Positions 7,332-8,992 of a stretch of DNA of 8,992 bases are shown here, piece after piece. The DNA is taken from sequence record OY723378.1; one strand, written 5' to 3'. A program made the translations under genes and the position numbers. Under the pieces are notes generated by a model. It saw only the letters and a list, made by a program, of their open reading frames with translations, was not told where the DNA came from and did not search any database. Numbering within the stretch: the stretch's first letter is position 1; every line of letters starts with the position of its first letter.

Positions 7332-7457
7332 CATAATGGCTCCTTAGAGGTATGGGGATGCTCCCCGTAGGCCTCTCGGTAGCCTGGATGTGCAGAGAGG
7401 GTATTCCCTGTGGAGGTGGTCTCCTCAGGTATCCCGTATGCCATATCCTGTCATTAG
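7332..7457. repeat. E element, copy 5 (between S repeats, unit B)
   Basis: Same ends as copy 3. Internal variants ggggatgctcccc and gcctggatgtgcagagagggtattccc. Confidence 0.9.
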
Positions 7458-7476
7458 ATGTGTATACCTACTCATT

Positions 7477-8128
7477 TCATGTCATCAAATCATGTGTTTT
7501 CATGTCATCAAATGCATGCAATACCATGATATCTGGTGTTACAGGGACTCCTCTAGATACCCATAGTACTCCATATACTCCCGTAATGGTGTAATGGTAC
7601 CCGTAGCCCCCATGTCCTATATACCATAGGATACATGGTCTGCTGGTATGTATCTAGTAGTACTCGTTGCCTGTACCCCTCCGAAAGGGTCTAAATACAC
7701 CATTTTAGGGGTCCAAAACACCCATTTTAGGGTCCTAAAAGTGCTCATGGGGGTACCCCCACGAGCCCTTTTTATGACCATTTCTGGGCTTGATTTGCGG
7801 ACCCCTTTTGGGGGATTGAATCACCCGTTTTGGGACCTCCAGAAAGGTGCCAAAAGTGGTCATTTTAGACACCCCAAATCATGTATTTGGACCCTTTTGG
7901 GGACCTCATACCATGTCACCATCCTCTGTGCACATACCATGTATCTAGAGGATATGGTCTCCATAGGTATCATGAGGGATACCCCTACCCTATGATATAG
8001 GTACCATGCAGAGCATGTGTACTCCTTATAGCATATGTAGTGATCCCCATGGTCTCTAAGGGATCTGGTGATGTCCTGGATATCACCATAATCATGTAAT
8101 CTGAGTACATCAAATCATGTGTTTTCAT
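7477..8128. repeat. Block M, copy 2
   Basis: See copy 1. The paralogy also continues upstream through the 126-bp E element (4844-4969 vs 7332-7457), across a diverged 20-bp linker. Confidence 0.88.
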
Positions 8129-8130
8129 GT

Positions 8131-8313
8131 CATCAAATGCATGCAATTACATGATGATACTACTCATGAGTACCTACTCGTAGTAGTATACATGGGGTAT
8201 CCATGGTATACATAGTACTCGTAGTGTATGCTGTTAGGCTATGGTATAGGGGTATCCTGCACCCCTCATACCCTCCGTACATACTACTAGTATCCTGTGT
8301 ATCACTAGATACT
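8131..8313. repeat. Extra partial copy of the first part of tail block T, inside unit B
   Basis: catcaaatgcatgca.ttacatgatgatact.ctcatgagtacctactcgta...cactagatact matches 3131-3313 and 8570-8752. It shares B-type variants (cctgcacccc, taccctccgt, cctgtgtatc) with 8570-8752. Confidence 0.85.
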
Positions 8314-8534
8314 ATATGTGTATACATACTACTAATGAGCACATCGAATCATGTGTTTCATGTCATCAAATGCATGCAAGTACATGATATCTGGTGTCTA
8401 CTGGATACTCCCTAGATACTCATAGTACTCCATACACCTCTGCAATGGTGGTATGGTACCCGTACTCCCCATGTACTGTATACCATAGGATACATGGTAC
8501 TAATGGTGTGTATGCTGTTGTACTAGTGGTATTA
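8314..8534. repeat. S repeat, B-type, degenerate head
   Basis: atatgtgtatacatactactaatgag...catgtcatcaaatgcatgcaagtacatgatatctggtgtctactggatactccctagatactcatag...gtactagtggtatta. The next S head is at 8535. Confidence 0.8.
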
Positions 8535-8992
8535 GATGTGTATACCTACTCATAATGAGTACTTCATGTCATCAAATGCATGCATTTACATGATGATACT
8601 GCTCATGAGTACCTACTCGTAATAGTATACATGTGGTATCCATGGTATACATAGTACTCGTAGTGTATGCTGTTAGGCTATGGTATAGGGGTATCCTGCA
8701 CCCCGCATACCCTCCGTGCATACTACTAGTATCCTGTGTATCACTAGATACTGTATATGATCATACGTGCAAACCATGTGTTTAGATGTCTCGAAACATG
8801 TGTTTTGGTGTCATGACATACACATTCTGTACTACTAATGAGTACCTGTTCATGGTATGTGCTGTAAGGGATACTAGGGGATATGGTGTATACCTCTAAT
8901 GGGGCATATGCTGCCATTAGGGATACCCCCAATACCTATAGTACTCTGTATAGCTCATTACACCATGATATGCAATAGTAGTGGATTCGCTC
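8535..8992. repeat. Tail block T, copy 2
   Basis: See copy 1. Minus-strand ORFs 3305..3493 and 8744..8932 are paralogous at offset 5439. Confidence 0.9.

Larger units (their letters stand above)
3554..8992. repeat. Macro-repeat unit B (5,439 bp), same head and tail as unit A with an expanded, rearranged middle
   Basis: Starts with the same atctcgactagatcatgtcacgaaatgacatg as base 1. Ends with the same atgcaatagtagtggattcgctc as 3531-3553. Confidence 0.9.

Noticed and set aside
1-8992. tRNA or rRNA genes
   Set aside because: I saw no T-loop (GGTTCGAATCC-like) motifs and no cloverleaf-compatible inverted repeats. I recognised no stretches resembling conserved rRNA cores. This was checked by eye only.

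Overview
I find no defensible protein-coding gene, tRNA, rRNA, CRISPR array or recognisable mobile element in this 8,992-bp window, and no support for a protein-based system. The longest six-frame ORF is 136 aa. The ORFs overlap each other on both strands, sit inside repeats, and lose their frame between near-identical copies. The window is two unequal head-to-tail macro-units, A (1-3553) and B (3554-8992). They share a 1,435-bp head block (2 substitutions and 2 one-base homopolymer indels by my reading) and a 458-bp tail block (9 substitutions), and they differ in the middle. The last base of the window followed by the first base recreates the internal A|B junction exactly, so this is either a circular molecule or an in-register slice of a tandem array. 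Smaller modules nest inside the units: a 126-bp element (5 copies in 3 contexts), a ~220-bp S repeat with unit-specific subfamilies, a ~650-bp duplicated block in B, a perfect 19-bp x 14.5 minisatellite, a 12-bp x 3 microsatellite and a (CG)7(TG)n tract. Two opposite sequence styles alternate. One is a run-rich style with A/T tracts spaced about 11 bp apart and separated by G/C runs. The other is a purine-pyrimidine-alternating style, including a 1.24-kb B-specific stretch with no AAA or TTT at all. A 14-bp segment occurs in both orientations inside otherwise homologous contexts. The source is unknown. The architecture fits satellite or higher-order repeat DNA, or the non-coding constant region of a multicopy circular chromosome, and I cannot tell these apart from sequence alone.
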